Origin: Macrostomum lignano | Lineage: Eukaryota | Length of the DNA: 64,000 nt | Assembly: GCA_002269645.1 (NCBI GenBank) | Contig: NIVC01002441.1 | Span: 62,001 to 126,000 of the forward strand | Direction of reading: 5' to 3' | In this document: piece by piece, positions 13,511-26,700 of the stretch | How positions within the stretch are numbered: position 1 is the first letter of the stretch | Layout of the letters: the number at the start of each line of letters is the position of its first letter | The notes under the pieces: generated by a model | Told to the model about the DNA's origin: nothing | The model's input: the letters and a program-made list of their open reading frames with translations, nothing else | Database searches by the model: none | Program-made: the position numbers and the translations under genes

Positions 13511-14469
13511 AAGATGCGGGAGAGCTAGGGGCTGGAAGGGGGATGAACCGATGCAGTGAGCAGTGTAGCGGCTATTAGAAGCAAAACAGATTCAATGCTC
13601 AAAGCAGCGCCTGAGCGGAAAGTAGCAGGATCTCGGGAAAGCAGGATTCTCTCGGGGCAGTAAATCGTTAAATTTTCTAGCGCGACAGCGGATATGAGAG
13701 CACGGGCATGCAGATTTCAAGGTTTTTTTTGAAAATTAGCCTGTCACAAAAACAAGCACGGGGGGCTCAGCTGGACTGGGCGAGGGCATATTAGTAGAAG
13801 CTTCTGAGTCCATCCCCTATAGCTCAAAGCAAAAGGGGGGGCAGACTAATTTTGAGGCGCGGCAGAGGAAAGAGGCACGGCAAAAAGGAAATGACGAGTA
13901 AGGAGGAGGAGGAGACAGAAACTCGAGAGGCTGCGCAGTCATCATCCCGCTTTGCACTTTTAAGCAGAGCCTGAGCAGTATTATTATTAGAACAGAGAGC
14001 ATTGTGAGTAGCCCCCACCCCACCCCACAGCCCCAGTAAACAAGCTCGGCTTCCTGCAGGCAAGACGACTGAAAGCTTTAATCTGCTACAGCTCGGAGCA
14101 TTGGGGCGGATTTCGAGAGAATCCTTATCGATCCGCGGATTGCTGAAGGAGGGGAGGGGGGCTTCTTGAAGAGAAAATTGAAACTGCACAGCCGGTCACA
14201 TGATTAACTGTTACTAGGACAAGATCTCCGCGCTTCCCTGTCCCATGGAGCAGGGTACATCCTGTCTACTAGCTCCTCTATACGAGTATCTGTCCGCTGC
14301 CGCTCGCAGTGTTTGGCCCAGCTATTTATGAATATTCACAACATTAAGCTGCTTAAGTCTTCTTACACTGCAAAATTGCTATAGCAAAAGAAGACATGCG
14401 ATTTCAATTTCATATCTCAAGTATTGCTTTAAAAATCTAATATCAGAATCTCAGAAGCTTTCAGAATTT

Positions 14470-16540
14470 CTCATTCCTCTCAGAATATCACTGTTTATCT
14501 CGAATTTCTCTCAGAATCTCACTGTTTATCTCCCATTTCTCTCAGAATCTCACGGTTATCTTCCATATCTCTCAGAATCTCACTATTTATCTCCCATTTC
14601 TCTCAGAACCTCACTGTTTATCTCCCATTTCTCTCAGAATCTCACTGTTTATCTCCCATTTCTCTCAGAATCTCACTGTTTATCTTCCATGTCTCTCAGA
14701 ATCTCACTGTATATCTTGCATTTCTCTCAGAATCTCATTGTTTATCTTCCATGTCTCTCAGAATCTCACTGTTTATCTTGTATTTCTCTCAGAATCTCAT
14801 TGTTTATCTTCCATGTCTCTCAGAATCTCACTGTTTATCTTGTATTTCTCTCAGAATCTCATTGTTTATCTTCCATGTCTCTCAGAATCTCACTGTTTAT
14901 CTTGTATTTCTCTCAGAATCTCATTGTTTATCTTCCATGTCTCTCAGAATCTCACTGTTTATCTTGTATTTCTCTCAGAATCTCATTGTTTATCTTCCAT
15001 GTCTCTCAGAATCTCACTGTTTATCTTGTATTTCTCTCAGAATCTCACTGTTTATCTCCCATTTCTCTCAGAATCTCACGGTTATCTTCCATATCTCTCA
15101 GAATCTCACTATTTATCTCCCATTTCTCTCAGAACCTCACTGTTTATCTCCCATTTCTCTCAGAATCTCACTGTTTATCTCCCATTTCTCTCAGAATCTC
15201 ACTGTTTATCTTCCATGTCTCTCAGAATCTCACTGTATATCTTGCATTTCTCTCAGAATCTCATTGTTTATCTTCCATGTCTCTCAGAATCTCACTGTTT
15301 ATCTTGCATTTCTCTCAGAATCTCATTGTTTATCTTTCATGTCTCTCAGAATCTCACTGTTTATCTCACATTTCTCTCAGAATCTCATTGTTTATCTTCC
15401 ATGTCTCTCAGAATCTCACTGTTTATCTTGTATTTCTCTCAGAATCTCATTGTTTATCTTCCATGTCTCTCAGAATCTCACTGTTTATCTTGTATTTCTC
15501 TCAGAATCTCATTGTTTATCTTCCATGTCTCTCAGAATCTCACTGTTTATCTTGTATTTCTCTCAGAATCTCATTGTTTATCTTCCATGTCTCTCAGAAT
15601 CTCACTGTTTATCTTGTATTTCTCTCAGAATCTCACTGTTTATCCTCCATTTCTCTCAGAATCTCACTGTTTATCTTCCATATCTCTCAGAATCTCACTG
15701 TTTATCTTGCATTTCTCTCAGAATCTCATTGTTTATCTTCCATGTCTCTCAGAATCTCACTGTTTATCTTTCATGTCTCTCAGAATCTCACTGTTTATCT
15801 CACATTTCTCTCAGAATCTCACTGTTTATCTTCCATGTCTCTCAGAATCTCACTGTTTATCTTGTATTTCTCTCAGAATCTCATTGTTTATCTTCCATGT
15901 CTCTCAGAATCTCACTGTTTATCTTGTATTTCTCTCAGAATCTCATTGTTTATCTTCCATGTCTCTCAGAATCTCACTGTTTATCTTGTATTTCTCTCAG
16001 AATCTCACTGTTTATCCTCCATTTCTCTCAGAATCTCACTGTTTATCTTCCATATCTCTCAGAATCTCACTGTTTATCTTGCATTTCTCTCAGAATCTCA
16101 TTGTTTATCTTCCATGTCTCTCAGAATCTCACTGTTTATCTTTCATGTCTCTCAGAATCTCACTGTTTATCTCACATTTCTCTCAGAATCTCACTGTTTA
16201 TCTTCCATGTCTCTCAGAATCTCACTGTTTATCTTGTATTTCTCTCAGAATCTCATTGTTTATCTTCCATGTCTCTCAGAATCTCACTGTTTATCTTGTA
16301 TTTCTCTCAGAATCTCATTGTTTATCTTCCATTTCTCTCAGAATCTCACTGTTTATCTCGCATTTCTCTCAGAATCTCATTGTTTATCTTCCATGTCTCT
16401 CAGAATCTCACTGTTTATCTCGCATTTCTCTCAGAATCTCATTGTTTATCTTCCATGTCTCTCAGAATCTCACTGTTTATCTTGTATTTCTCTCAGAATC
16501 TCACTGTTTATCTTCCATGTCTCTCAGAATCTCACTTATT
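14470..16540. repeat. 31-bp minisatellite (TCTCAGAATCTCACTGTTTATCTTCCATGTC), ~2.1 kb
   Basis: About 67 copies; stop-free on + strand, so it produces three overlapping 600-aa spurious ORFs. Confidence 0.97.
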
Positions 16541-17109
16541 TATCTCAATTGGAGTTCCATCAAAAGCTCAGCCATTCTACCTTAATTACCCGAACTGTTG
16601 GCATCAAACTCCCTTCGCTCATGCTACAGCAAGGTTTCCATGGTCTTATTTTTCGGCAGCTCAGGCAGTCTGGCTTCAATTATGCAGCTGTTCCTCGGAG
16701 TGGCACGCACAATGCACGCCAATACTATATTTATAATACATTTATTTACATGACTGTTTTTTTATATTGAAATGCATTGTTTCTCACCGCCGTGTTGTTT
16801 CCTGGGGTCGCGCGAGTCGCATTACAGTCGCAATAATAATGTTTTGAGCACAGCAGAGAGATTAAATCCGCCACCCCAGCCAAGAAATGTAATGCTCTAT
16901 GCAATGCTCAACTGACAATGGCGCAGATTAGGCAGAGAAAAATTCCAAATTCTTTGATTAGAACCCTGGATTGGGAAAGCTTGAAGAAAATAGAACACGA
17001 CAGAATGAACTTTTAGTTCTAAACTGTTTTGCCAACTGAATAACTAATAATTTGCGTGTGATATTTTGTTTAAAAAAGGTGCAGGAGATCGCGAATGCCG
17101 ATAAATGAC

Positions 17110-17340
17110 CCTCTTGCTATCATGGCGCCCCCTTTTGCTATCATGGCGCCCCTCTTGCTATCATGGCGCCCCCTCTTGCTATTATGGCGCCCCGTCTTGC
17201 TATCATGGCGCCCCGTCTTGCTATCATGGCGCCCCCTCTTGCTATCATGGCGCCCCGTCTTGCTATCATGGCGCCCCGTCTTGCTTTCATGGCGCCCCGT
17301 CTTGCTATCATGGCGCCCCCTCTTGCTTTCATGGCGCCCC
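17110..17340. repeat. 21-bp minisatellite (CTTGCTATCATGGCGCCCCST)
   Basis: About 11 copies, GGCGCC core. Confidence 0.95.
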
Positions 17341-18143
17341 TCAGCAGATATCTAGCGCCTCTAAGTACATATTTAGCGCCGCTAAGTAGACATGTAGCGC
17401 CTGGCTACGCATTTCGAATGAACAAAATCCTTTAATGCTAATAGCATGCCATTTAAAGCAGACGAGAGGCAGATACTAATACTAATCAGTAGCAGCCTCT
17501 TCTACAGGCAGCACAAGCCGATCAGATGTAGGATCACGAATTCTTAAATATAGAGCAAAAGAGCTGTTGAAGAGCTTCTTTAGAAATTACCTACGCCCCT
17601 TTGCTGTTCCCCCGTCAGCCTTCCCGTTACCCATGCTAATTAGGGGTGCATCTTTGTAACACAGCTTTTGAGGCTTCGCGAATTTCTCTCCAAGTTATCC
17701 CCATCATGCCGACCCGCCTGCCCCTGCGTATTGAACTTCGCGTAATGACCTTGCTATGAACCAACTTGTAGCAGAAAGTGATAGCAGCTTTATCTGCTAT
17801 CTGCTATTATCGCCCGCACAGTGTCGCACTAGTTCAGAATGATGAAATAGAAATTGTTTATGAAAGCTATGTATGCACATACATTGCGAGTACCAGAAAT
17901 AGACGACAGGTAGAGAAGACATACTATCAATATTATTAGCCTAAGGACAACCACTCGTATGAAGTATCTGGATTGGAAATTATTAGTCCTGTAGCAGGCT
18001 GATAGAGCTTTGGAATTAAAAAAATACAATATAGACAAAGGGCACCGACTTCTTGCCATGTGTGTGGCTTTCCAATCCATATTGGCTAATTCTAGAAATT
18101 CATGGCTCAGGCTGACCACCGGACTCCCTCTCACCCCTCCTAG

Positions 18144-18146
<3 letters not shown>

Positions 18147-18185
<39 letters not shown>
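18147..18185. repeat. (TC)n microsatellite
   Basis: About 19 perfect dinucleotide units. Confidence 0.95.
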
Positions 18186-18186
<1 letters not shown>

Positions 18187-18399
18187 GTGCAAAAAATACA
18201 ATGACGTGACAAGCCTGTGAAGGTTTAGGCTCTTATCTATTAATTAGTATTACTCACACTGTTTGGCGAACAAATTGCTAAAAAAACAAAAAACTGCACT
18301 TAATTTATGAGCAGGTTTTTTGTGTAGCTCACTAGCTGTTGCTGTGTTTCTCCATGCTACCGTCTGGCGACAGGGCGATTTTCAATTGGGTTTCATGTC

Positions 18400-19355
18400 A
18401 GGGGGTGCCAAACTTCTGCAGGATGTCAGAGGGGCGCCAAACTTCTGCAGGGCGTCAGAGGGGCGCCAAACTTCTGCAGGGCGTCAGAGGGGCGCCAAAC
18501 TTACTTAGGATGTCAGAGGGGCGCCAAACTTACATAGGATGTCAGAGGGGCGCCAAACTTCTGCAGGGCGTCAGAGGGGCGCCAAACTTACTTAGGATGT
18601 CAGAGGGGCGCCAAACTTACATAGGATGTCAGAGGGGCGCCAAACTCATATAGGATGTCAGAGGGGCGCCAAACTCATATAGGATGTCAGAGGGGCGCCA
18701 AACTTACATAGGATTTCAGAAGGGCGCCAAACCTACATAGGATGTCAGAGGGGCGCCAAACTTACATAGGACGTTAGAGGGGCGCCAAACTTACGAGTAC
18801 ATAGGATTTCAGAAGGGCGCCAAACCTACATAGGATGTCAGAGGGGCGCCAAACTTACATAGGACGTTAGAGGGGCGCCGAACTTACATAGGACGTTAGA
18901 GGGGCGCCAAACTTACGAGTACATAGGATTTCAGAAGGGCGCCAAACCTACATAGGATGTCAGAGGGGCGCCAAACTTACATAGGACGTTAGAGGGGCGC
19001 CGAACTTACATAGGACGTTAGAGGGGCGCCGAACTTACATAGGACGTTAGAGGGGCGCCGAACTTACATAGGATGTCAGAGGGGCGCCAAACCTACATAG
19101 GATATCAGAGGGGCGCCGAACTTACATAGGATGTCAGAGGGGCGCCAAACCTACATAGGATATCAGAGGGGCGCCAAACTTACATAGGATGTCAGAGGGG
19201 CGCCAAACTCATATAGGATGTCAGAGGGGCGCCAAACCTACATAGGATATCAGAGGGGCGCCAAACTTACATAGGATTTCAGAAGGGCGCCAAACCTACA
19301 TAGGATGTCAGAGGGGCGCCAAACTTACATAGGACGTTAGAGGGGCGCCGAACTT
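18400..19355. repeat. 29-bp minisatellite (GTCAGAGGGGCGCCAAACTTACATAGGAT), bracketed by short inverted ends GGCGATTTT (18374) / AAAATCGCC (19370)
   Basis: About 32 copies; the flanking 9-bp inverted repeat suggests a MITE-like shell. Confidence 0.9.
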
Positions 19356-20089
19356 ACATTGGATGTAAAAAAATCGCCACAAGAGATGCGCCGGCAGAGC
19401 GCGGCAGGGCAATCCAGCCTCCTCCACCTTAACTGCATCGCCGCACTCACTGCCCAGTTGCAAAACAAAAGAAGAGAAGAAAAGCAAAAAAGTTCAACTC
19501 GGAGAGGGTAGCTATAGTATAGCGTGCAAAACAGACTAGATAGATAGCATATTCACATAAAAATAAATAAAGAAGGCCCCGTCTATTGAGATGAACTGCA
19601 GTAAAAGTTTGAAAATTTGAAAATGGCATCTGACTAGAAGCTATAGCTATAAATCTCTTGAAACCGTTCGAAATGCGGAATATAAAGTTATTTTGTCATC
19701 ATGTCGGCGCAGATGGATGGACGGACGGGCGGGCGGTTGGAGCAATTTTGAATTTTACACTCTATAGATCGAGCCGCCGGGCCTTTAAAGCTGACTGACT
19801 AGCTAGGTTTCCAGGGAAAATGACCGGAAATACTAAAATGGAAAATTTTGCAATTTTCGGATGCATGCTTGTGCAGCAGTATTTGGGTATTAAGGATAGC
19901 ATAAAGCCGGCTGCAGAATATTTTTATGCGGAATTGGTTTGAACTATTGCCCAAGAATGCATAATTTTTATTGGGACAGGGAAATCGAATTTCCGCTTTC
20001 AGAATTCGAGATAAAGGATGGGTCGTTTGCAATCCAGGATACATCTTGAACGTAATGTCTTGGGCATTCCGTTTGAAGGCTTAAGATTC

Positions 20090-20595
20090 AGTGTTGGGAT
20101 TTTAGGAATTGGGATTTCAGGGTTTGATATTTCAGGGTTTGAGATTTCAGGGTTTGGGATTTTCGTGTTCGGGGTTTCAGGGTTTGGGATTTCAGGCTTT
20201 AAGATTTCAGGGTTTGGGATTTTCCGGTTTGGAATTTCAGGCTTTGGGATTTCAGGCTTTGGTATTTCAGGCTTCAAGATTTCAGGGTTTGAGATTTCAG
20301 GGTTTGGGAATTCAGGAAGTTTGGGATTTTAGGAATCGGGATTTCAGGCTTTGGGATTTTAGGGTTTGGGATTTCAGGCTTTGGAATTTCACGGTTTGGG
20401 ATTTCAGGCTTCAAGATTTCAGGGTTTGAGATTTCAGAGTTTGGGAATTCAGGAAGTTTGGGATTTTAGGAATCGGGATTTCAGGCTTTGGGATTTCAGG
20501 GTTTGGGATTTCTGGCTTTGAGATTTCACGGTTTGGGAATTCAGGGTTTGGGGATTCAGGGTTTGGGGATTCAGGGTTTGGGATTTTAGGGTTTT
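20090..20595. repeat. 15-bp minisatellite (GGGATTTCAGGGTTT)
   Basis: About 33 degenerate copies; produces 5-aa periodic ORFs. Confidence 0.9.
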
Positions 20596-21444
20596 GGTAG
20601 TTTCATTTTTTTCGGGAATGTTCTGATGATTTATAATTCAAATGCGCCATCGGGTCCTTAAAAAATTCACTATAGCAATCAAGGAATTGATGTTACTTCT
20701 CAGCCCTCTTCTCTTCTTTCTCTTCTCCTCTCGTCTTCTCTCCTTTATATCTCTCATCTTAACAATCCTCTCATCTTCTCTCTGATCTCATCTTCGCTTT
20801 CCTCTTCTCTGTCTCCTGTATTCTCTCCTCTACAGTTAAGCCGACTCCAGATTTAGATCAACGCACAATAGCTGGGGAGCAGGATGCAAACACAGCAGCA
20901 TTAATCTGGAAACTGTAAAGCACAGATGGATGGCAGAAGTGCATTGGACAGGAATTTGGGCTAAGCTAACTAAGACCCTTGGACAGATACCCTCTCGCCT
21001 AAATGCGAGCCGGGCATTCCAGTCTGCACCCAGCCCGGTATCAATATTGCATTCCGCATATAGACTTTAGGCAAACAACCAATTCCTCATTTGGAAACCA
21101 AGCAAGGGGAAAAGCAAGCAAGCTGTGTCTTGTTGCACTTTTAGCGATCGGCCACAGTTGCTAGGCTGGGCTAGTCATACATTATAGAAGAAGGCCGACT
21201 GAGAGGGGGGTAGAGAGGGAAAGAGTGGAATTTGCACTGCAACAGCAGCCTTTCGGCACCCAAATAAGGCATTATATTATAACTTTTGTAGAAGACAAAA
21301 TCCTCCATCCTTTTTAGGTTCCTAATTTAGCCCAATGCATTGAACTACTGGGCGGCTGCCCTCACACCAAATAGTTAAATAGGGGTCAAATGGGGATAGT
21401 GCAGATGCTGAAATGCCAACCCTCATTTGGCCGTCCAATAATCA

Positions 21445-22800
21445 CCTCTGTCCAACAATCGCCCATTGGAGAATCGCTCTTGTCCAAGAATCGCCCATTG
21501 GAGAATCGCCCCTGCCAAGAATCGCCCATTGGAGAATCGCTCCTGTCCAAGAATCGCCCATTGGAGAATCGCCCCTGCCAAGAATCGCCCATTGGAGAAT
21601 CGCTCCTGTCCAAGAATCGCCCCTGCCAAGAATCGCCCATTGGAGAATCGCTCCTGTCCAAGAATCGCCCCTGCCAAGAATCGCCCATTGGAGAATCGCT
21701 CCTGTCCAAGAATCGCCCATTGGAGAATCGCTCCTGTCCAAGAATCGCCCATTGGAGAATCGCCCCTGCCAAGAATCGCCCATTGGAGAATCGCTCCTGT
21801 CCAAGAATCGCCCATTGGAGAATCGCCCCTGCCAAGAATCGCCCATTGGAGAATCGCTCCTGTCCAAGAATCGCCCCTGCCAAGAATCGCCCATTGGAGA
21901 ATCGCTCCTGTCCAAGAATCGCCCATTGGAGAATCGCCCCTGCCAAGAATCGCCCATTGGAGAATCGCTCCTGTCCAAGAATCGCCCATTGGAGAATCGC
22001 TCCTGTCCAACAATCGCCCATTGGAGAATCGCTCCTGTCCAACAATCGCCCATTGGAGAATCGCTCCTGTCCAAGAATCGCCCATTGGAGAATCGCTCCT
22101 GTCCAACAATCGCCCATTGGAGAATCGCTCCTGTCTAAGAATCGCCCATTGGAGAATCGCTCCTATCCAAGAATCGCCCATTGGAGAATCGCCCATTGGA
22201 GAATCGCTCCTGTCCAACAATCGCCCATTGGAGAATCGCTCCTGTCCAAGAATCGCTCCTGTCCAACAATCGCCCATTGGAGAATCGCTCCTGTCTAAGA
22301 ATCGCCCATTGGAGAATCGCTCCTATCCAAGAATCGCCCATTGGAGAATCGCTTCTGTCCAAGAATCGCCCATTGGAGAATCGCTCCTGTCCAAGAATCG
22401 CCCCTGCCAAGAATCGCCCATTGGAGAATCGCTCCTGTCCAAGAATCGCCCATTGGAGAATCGCCCCTGCCAAGAATCGCCCATTGGAGAATCGCTCCTG
22501 TCCAAGAATCGCCCATTGGAGAATCGCTCCTGTCCAACAATCGCCCATTGGAGAATCGCTCCTGTCCAACAATCGCCCATTGGAGAATCGCTTCTGTCCA
22601 AGAATCGCCCATTGGAGAATCGCTCCTGTCCAAGAATCGCCCATTGGAGAATCGCCCATTGGAGAATCGCCCATTGGAGAATCGCCCATTGGAGAATCGC
22701 CAATTGGAAAAATCGCCCCTCTCTAAAAATCGTTCCTGTCCAAAATCGACCATTGGAGAATCGCCCACCCAAGAATCTCCTATTGGAAAAATCGCCCTTT
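21445..22800. repeat. Modular ~32-bp minisatellite (AAGAATCGCCCATTGGAGAATCGCTCCTGTCC) built from ~16-bp GAATCGC submodules
   Basis: Direct periodicity; ORFs in nearly all frames are repeat artefacts. Confidence 0.95.
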
Positions 22801-23712
22801 GTTGTTTTCGAGCTAAAAAAAGAAAAAAATACAGCTGGCAATATATTTTATAACCGAAATGCTGGGATAAGAACGTTGCATGGTTTCATTACATTTAATC
22901 TTATCTTTTTGAAGAAGAGTGAAAAGCGGAATTGAAATGATTATTTAGTGTAGAGAAAGCGGCGAATAAATCATCCACAAAAACTGAAGCACTTCACTAA
23001 ATAAGCTGCAGCTTTGTCATGTCAATTTGTGGCAATTATTTTAAAAAAAATGCATTGCCTATGCAGTGCTCAAGGGGCAGGGCAGATGGGATGGAAAAAG
23101 CAGATATGGCAAAGAAGATTAAGCCTTCTACTCATCCAGTCTGTTTATTGTAGACAGAAAGCAGACTACAACAGCCTTTCATCTGCAGCCATCGCGGAGC
23201 CCTCCTCCCTCCCTCGAATCGGAATAAATGTATGTTTTTTCATCTGAAAACCAAAATTCCAATTTTAATCTGCAGGAAATTCAATAAAATGCTGCCTGTC
23301 AGTTTTTTTTAATTAGATGATGAAAGCTCTCCATCATTGGGGGAGGCGGAGTAGTTGAAATAATGAAGAAAAATACGAGTATTCAATCGTATATACTACT
23401 AAGGCCCCCCCAAAGCCCAAATGAGTAGTGCAGTTCGAATATAGCAACTAAAAAACAGAAACCAGCAATAAAAATAGCAAAACTCGGGCATCGATTTTCA
23501 ATTTGATTTGATTGTAAAAATAGTCAACATTGCCTAGAAATGCGAAACTTTAACAAGTTGATGATGCAGTTTTCGATTTGGTGTACAGCTGAAAATTTTA
23601 AATAATACCCTAGCAACTGAGTTTGAGTTCATAGTCCTAACAAACGGGTTTGAGTTGATCACCCTAGCAACCAGGTTTGAGTTCATCACTTGATTCCCAA
23701 GCCGGGGACCTG

Positions 23713-26700
23713 TCAGGCCTCTGTTTGGGGCAGCAGTCCCGCTGAAGCGCACATCAGCACCGCAGTCTCCAGCCGCTGCAGCGCCGCCGGTTCCCGCAAT
23801 TCAGCCGCCTTCCAGGTGGCCACCGACACCTGGAGCAGCTCGGCCAGCAGGCGGCGCAACTCATCGCTGTCGTCCTCCCCGACGTACGGCCGTCTGCCGC
23901 ATCGCCGCAGCAGGCCAGCAACCCGCGGCTCCAGCAGGAGGCCCAGCCGAAGGCAGTCGAAACGCCTTGACGGCAGGCTGCACTTCAGCCAGGCCAAGCA
24001 GCGGTTCAGCAGCGCCGGGAACGGCTCGGCGGGCAGGCAGGCGGTGCACAGGAAGGCCAGGTCGGACACCGTCGACGACAATGGGCCACCAGTCGACACC
24101 GGAGCCAGATTGTCTAACAGGTCGCAGAGCAGCCGGCCGATCGCGGCCAGGGCGGCCGGGCGGAGCCGAAGCAGGTCGGCCAAGCGGCCGAACAGCCGCC
24201 GGTCGGGTCCGGGGCCAGCTGGGTCGGCCAGCAGGCGAGCCAGGCGGCCGGCGGCGACCGGACACTCTGGCCGGGCAAGGAAGGCCAGCCAGGCGGCGCG
24301 AGAGACGCCGGCAGGAAGTCGCCGGCCGCGGAGAGGCGAGGCCAGTTCGCAGTCGAGGACATCGTCAAGCAGGCGGTCGGCGCCGCTGTCGCCAGCGAGG
24401 CGGCGCAGGACGGCGTCAGCGAAGGCGGAGCGGCGAAGCCGGCAGAGGCCGCGGGCAGCGAATAGCGCGGACTCCGGCTGAGCGGCGCAGGCAGCAACGA
24501 ATCGGCGGTCGGCTTCGGCGACTTGCCCGACGGTTGCGGCCAGCTGATTGGCAGCGGAGTGCAGCCTGGACAGCGACAGTTCCGGAGAGGCCTCCAGCAG
24601 GTCGGCAGGGTCTCGGCGAAGACGGTCAGCCAAGTAGAGCCAGTAGCCTAGGCCGGTAAGCGCGGCAAAGAGGCCGAACTCGGCCAGCTTGCTGTCCGGT
24701 GCCGGTCGGCCGACGCCACCGAGGACCGTCGGACTGCTGCCGAAGTTGTCCCAGTTTTCAAACTCGACGTCCTCGAAATGATCGACATCGCGATCTTCTG
24801 CGCCAAGGCCAACTCCGCCGCTGACAACCTCGATAACACCCTGGGAGAGCAGCCATAGTATTATAATGAGCGGAGCTTGAGATGAAGGGAATGGATATTG
24901 TTAGAGTCTGGGATGAGGACCGGCATCAGTTCTTAGGGAGTCCAGTAGGATCAGGGATGGGGAGCTGGCATCAGTGCTTAGGGAGTCCAGTAGGATCAGG
25001 GATGGGGAGCTGGCATCAGTGCTTAGGGAGTCCAGTAGGATCAGGGATGGGGAGCTGGCATCAGTGCTTAGGGAGTCCAGTAGGATCAGGGATGGCGAGC
25101 TGGCATCAGTTCTTAGGGAGTCCAGTAGGATCAGGGATGGGGAGCTGGCATCTGTGCTTAGGGAGTCGAGTAGGATCAGGGATGGCGAGCTGGCATCAGT
25201 GCTTAGGGAGTCCAGTGGGATCAGGGATGAGGACCGGCATCAGTTCTTAGGGAGTCCAGTAGGATCAGGGATGGGGAGCTGGCATCAGTGCTTAGGGAGT
25301 CCAGTAGGATCAGGGATGGGGAGCTGGCATCAGTGCTTAGGGAGTCCAGTAGGATCAGGGATGGGGAGCTGGCATCAGTGCTTAGGGAGTCCAGTAGGAT
25401 CAGGGATGGCGAGCTGGCATCAGTTCTTAGGGAGTCCAGTAGGATCAGGGATGGGGAGCTGGCATCTGTGCTTAGGGAGTCGAGTAGGATCAGGGATGGC
25501 GAGCTGGCATCAGTGCTTAGGGAGTCCAGTGGGATCAGGGATGGGGAGCTGGCATCAGTGCTTAGGGAGTCCAGTAGGATCAGGGATGGGGAGCTGGCAT
25601 CAGTGCTTAGGGAGTCCAGTGGGATCAGGGATGGGGAGCTGGCATCAGTGCTTAGGGAGTCCAGTGGGATCAGGGATGGGGAGCTGGCATCAGTGCTTAG
25701 GGAGTCGAGTAGGATCAGGGATGGCGAGCTGGCATCAGTGCTTAGGGAGTCCAGTAGGATCAGGGATGGGGAGCTGGCATCAGTGCTTAGGGAGTCGAGT
25801 AGGATCAGGGATGGGGAGCTGGCATCAGTGCTTAGGGAGTCCAGTGGGATCAGGGATGGGGAGCTGGCATCAGTGCTTAGGGAGTCCAGTGGGATCAGGG
25901 ATGGGGAGCTGGCATCAGTGCTTAGGGAGTCCAGTGGGATCAGGGATGGGGAGCTGGCATCAGTGCTTAGGGAGTCCAGTGGGATCAGGGATGGGGAGCT
26001 GGCATCAGTGCTTAGGGAGTCCAGTGGGATCAGGGATGGGGAACTGGAATCTAATGGGTCTAGTATAAGGAAGTGGCAGCTCTCTCTTAGGAATCGAGAA
26101 GTTATGGAATTGAGCAGGAACTGGACTAGGTAATTAAGAACCCCGGAGAACATAATAAAGCATACAATTTCACCTCATACGCATCGGCAGAGTGAGCACA
26201 GAGCCGCTGCCGCAGCTGCACATCCTCCAGCAGCAAATCCAAGCAGCGCAGTGGCCGTCGCCGGTCGGGATGCCGCGCGCACACGGACTCGAGCAGCAGG
26301 CCGGCTGAGAGCAGCAGTCGCTGAGGCTCCGCTGTCAGCTCCCGCAGGCGGCTCTCGCAGCCAAAGAAAACGTCGAGAGCGCCGGCTCTCGCCGCGTGGC
26401 TCAACGCCGCTTCGGCCAGTCGGACATCGCTGCGGTCCAGCGCCTCGGCCAGCGCGGCAAACGGTTGCAGCCGGAAGTCAAACCCAGCTCGCACCGGCAG
26501 CTGCAGCTCCATCAGTTGCCAGCAGTTGGCAACCAGCGAGTCCTCATCTACTTGGCCGCTGGCCAGCTCCTCCAGCCAGCCGAGGCAGGCAGCCCGCATT
26601 CGACACTCAGCGTATGCCAGCCAGACCCGCGCCAGATGGCCGCCGGTGAACTCGGCGACATCCGCCGGGTTTGTCGCGCTCGAGACAGCTTCGGCTGCGT

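Noticed and set aside
13891-14200. + strand exon-like segments with GTGAGT donor and CTGCAG acceptor
   Set aside because: In-frame TGA in the first segment and an early stop after the predicted join; no homology recognised
14689-16770. Three overlapping 615-693-aa ORFs
   Set aside because: Translation of a stop-free 31-bp satellite in all three + frames; no splice or codon evidence
21386-22935. Many overlapping ORFs; CRISPR-like look of short repeats
   Set aside because: Head-to-tail tandem units with no unique spacers, no cas genes, eukaryotic context
23690-24659. + strand Arg/Ser/Gly-rich ORFs, and similar antisense ORFs over gene 1, gene 2, the transposase and Hsp60
   Set aside because: Antisense shadows of GC-rich exons
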